Translations under genes and position numbers: made by a program
In this document: piece after piece, positions 62,171 through 64,000 of the stretch
How positions within the stretch are numbered: the stretch's first letter is position 1
Layout of the letters: each line of letters begins with the position of its first letter
DNA from: Candidatus Delongbacteria bacterium
GTDB taxonomy: Bacteria; CAIWAD01
DNA: 64,000 nt
Direction: 5' to 3'
NCBI GenBank assembly: GCA_963663545.1
Contig: OY760505.1
Span: forward strand, 3,552,001-3,616,000
Notes under the pieces: generated by a model
Seen by the model: only the letters and a program-made list of their open reading frames with translations
Database searches by the model: none
Told to the model about the DNA's origin: nothing

Positions 62171-63716
62171 TTATTTGCTGGCGTTAGCCAGCGGCTTATT
62201 CTTGCTGGCAGGGTTATTGCCCAACGCATCCAAAGCGCAAACCCCGCTACCGCCGGAAGTACACCGAGCGTTGCTTGTCATTCGTAGCCAGGATATTATC
62301 GAACATGCCAAAATACTGAGTTCGCCTGGTTTTGAAGGGCGCAAAGCCGGCACTCCGGCGGGGCGACGTTCTGCTATCCATATTGCCAACGATTTCCGGC
62401 AAATTGGACTATTGCCCGGCGGCAGGGCCGGAAGTTTTTACAGCCCGTTCAAAATTCAGTTGGGCTATAAAATAAAAAGCGAAATGCAAATTACCATCGG
62501 TGATAAAACTCTAGGGGAACTAAAATGGGGCGAAGACTATATTCCCTTGAATTTACCTGGAGGCAAGGCCGATATTGCCGCAGCCTGTCTGCTCATTGGC
62601 TATGGCATCAGCCTGCCCCGGCATGGTTTCGATGAATACGGCCAGGTCGATATCCGGGATAAGGCGGTGATCATTTTTACCAGCGCCCCCTGGCACAATT
62701 TTCGCCAACAATGGCCGGAGGACACCTCGAATTTGGAAAAATCGGCTGCTTTGGCGGCCAAGATAAAAAATGCCGAAAAGCACGGCGCCGCTTGTGTGTT
62801 GCTGGCCGCCAATCCAGCGGGTTGGCGCAAGCAGCTCGGCGTCAAAGAGCAACTCAAGGTGCCGGATTTGAATTTCCCGGTGAACAGCGCGGTGCCAGTA
62901 TTGCAAATAACTCGGGACTTGCTGGCCAGGATGACCATGCTTTCGCTGCCCGAGCTGCGGATGCTCGCCAGTGACATCGCTAGAGATCGCACTCCACAGT
63001 CGCTAGCCTTGCCCGGGCGACGGTTGCGCCTGCGGGCATTGGTATCGGGAAAAGCCTGGATTGGCAGGAATATCATCGGGGTGCTTCCCGGACGTGACGA
63101 AAAATTGCGCAAAGAAGCGGTAATTATCGGGGCGCACTATGACCATCTGGGTGAACTCGACAATGACACGATTTTTTTCGGTGCTAATGACAATGCTGCC
63201 GGCGTAGGCGCGTTGATTGCGGTGGCCGAAGCCTTCGCGGCTCTTCCCATGCGTCCGCGACGCACCGTAATATTTATTGCTTTCGATGCCGAAGAGATCG
63301 GGCGCATCGGTTCGACGAGCTATGTCAAACGCCCGGTAATTCCCGTGGCGCAAACGGTATTGATGATCAATTTCGATATGATCGGTCGCAACGATGCCGA
63401 TCACATATATGCAGTCGGCACCACCTCCAGTCCCGAGCTGCACCAGATCCACCAGCAGGTCAATCAGCATGTAGGGTTGCGGTTGACGCATCCGCAGAGC
63501 TACCGTCTGGGTCTTTCCGACCACAGCGCTTTTTATTATGCCGGGATTCCGATCATGTATTTATTCGGCGGTCTGGAACCCAATTATCATTCGCCGCGAG
63601 ATACCTGGGATAAACTGGTTCCGGCCAAGGTGGAAAAAGTAGCGCGCCTGGCGTTTTTGACTGCCTGGCAGGTAGCCGAACTGCCGCAGCGTCTCACTTT
63701 CAACAAGAAATATTGA
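62157..63716 (+). CDS. M28 family aminopeptidase with PA domain
   Basis: FEGRKAGT, GAHYDHLG, GANDNAAG, DAEE, NFDMIGR, SDH, YHSPRD. Confidence 0.93.
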   Translation: MKIGSYLLALASGLFLLAGLLPNASKAQTPLPPEVHRALLVIRSQDIIEHAKILSSPGFEGRKAGTPAGRRSAIHIANDFRQIGLLPGGRAGSFYSPFKIQLGYKIKSEMQITIGDKTLGELKWGEDYIPLNLPGGKADIAAACLLIGYGISLPRHGFDEYGQVDIRDKAVIIFTSAPWHNFRQQWPEDTSNLEKSAALAAKIKNAEKHGAACVLLAANPAGWRKQLGVKEQLKVPDLNFPVNSAVPVLQITRDLLARMTMLSLPELRMLASDIARDRTPQSLALPGRRLRLRALVSGKAWIGRNIIGVLPGRDEKLRKEAVIIGAHYDHLGELDNDTIFFGANDNAAGVGALIAVAEAFAALPMRPRRTVIFIAFDAEEIGRIGSTSYVKRPVIPVAQTVLMINFDMIGRNDADHIYAVGTTSSPELHQIHQQVNQHVGLRLTHPQSYRLGLSDHSAFYYAGIPIMYLFGGLEPNYHSPRDTWDKLVPAKVEKVARLAFLTAWQVAELPQRLTFNKKY

Positions 63717-63717
63717 A

Positions 63718-64000
63718 ATGAGTCAGCCAGCGCTCCCGGTGTTGTTATCGATTCCTCATGGTGGCAGGGAACAGCCGCCGGAATTGCACCAGCGCGTCGC
63801 CCTCGACGACTGCGAGTTGTTTGCCGACATTGATTCCTATGTAATCGAGATTTACGATATTGGCGCTGCGGCCCGGCAGGTGATAACTACTGCCATCGCC
63901 CGCACTTATATAGATCTAAACCGTGCTCCCGACGATTTGCCGCCGCACAATCCTGATGGGGTAATCAAAGCTAGCACCTGTTATCGAAAGCCGGTTTATC
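63718..64000 (+). CDS. N-formylglutamate amidohydrolase (runs off window)
   Basis: Manual translation MSQPALPVLLSIPHGG..DID..ARTYIDLNR. Confidence 0.8.
   Translation, partial: MSQPALPVLLSIPHGGREQPPELHQRVALDDCELFADIDSYVIEIYDIGAAARQVITTAIARTYIDLNRAPDDLPPHNPDGVIKASTCYRKPVY

Overview
The window appears to be two unrelated DNA segments joined at about 37,262, where two genes are broken and base composition, codon usage and repeat families change. Left part (1-37.26 kb, GC-rich, FCB-like secreted proteins), in order: a decayed integron-cassette and IS3 remnant; dnaX-ybaB-recR-pgsA-pgpA-cinA-thpR-recA; a methyltransferase flanked by ~160-bp direct repeats; an FG-GAP protein; plsY-gpsA-acyP; a ~13-kb island bounded by ~850-bp direct repeats (acyP 3' half plus a GxxExxY gene) carrying a V4R/sigma54 activator with stress-type genes and a GT4-GH130 pair; and rnfCDGEA. 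Right part (37.26-64 kb, lower GC): M20 amidohydrolase, frameshifted dsbD, EIIA-CBS protein plus ion permease, an XRE/Rha/transposase-remnant island, PEP-utilising enzyme plus radical SAM/SPASM plus an unknown ORF, two C25-like proteases, aroQ, dipeptide epimerase, an NtrC-type regulator, an M28 peptidase, and many MITE-like repeats. Most notable: an A9 slippage run in dnaX followed by a 13-bp duplication that puts stops in both shifted frames; two integrase-less islands that duplicate a host gene 3' end; a probably mobile GxxExxY module; a putative sigma54-controlled stress module; and MITEs that swap cores and terminal repeats. All calls come from reading motifs by eye; no database searches were run.
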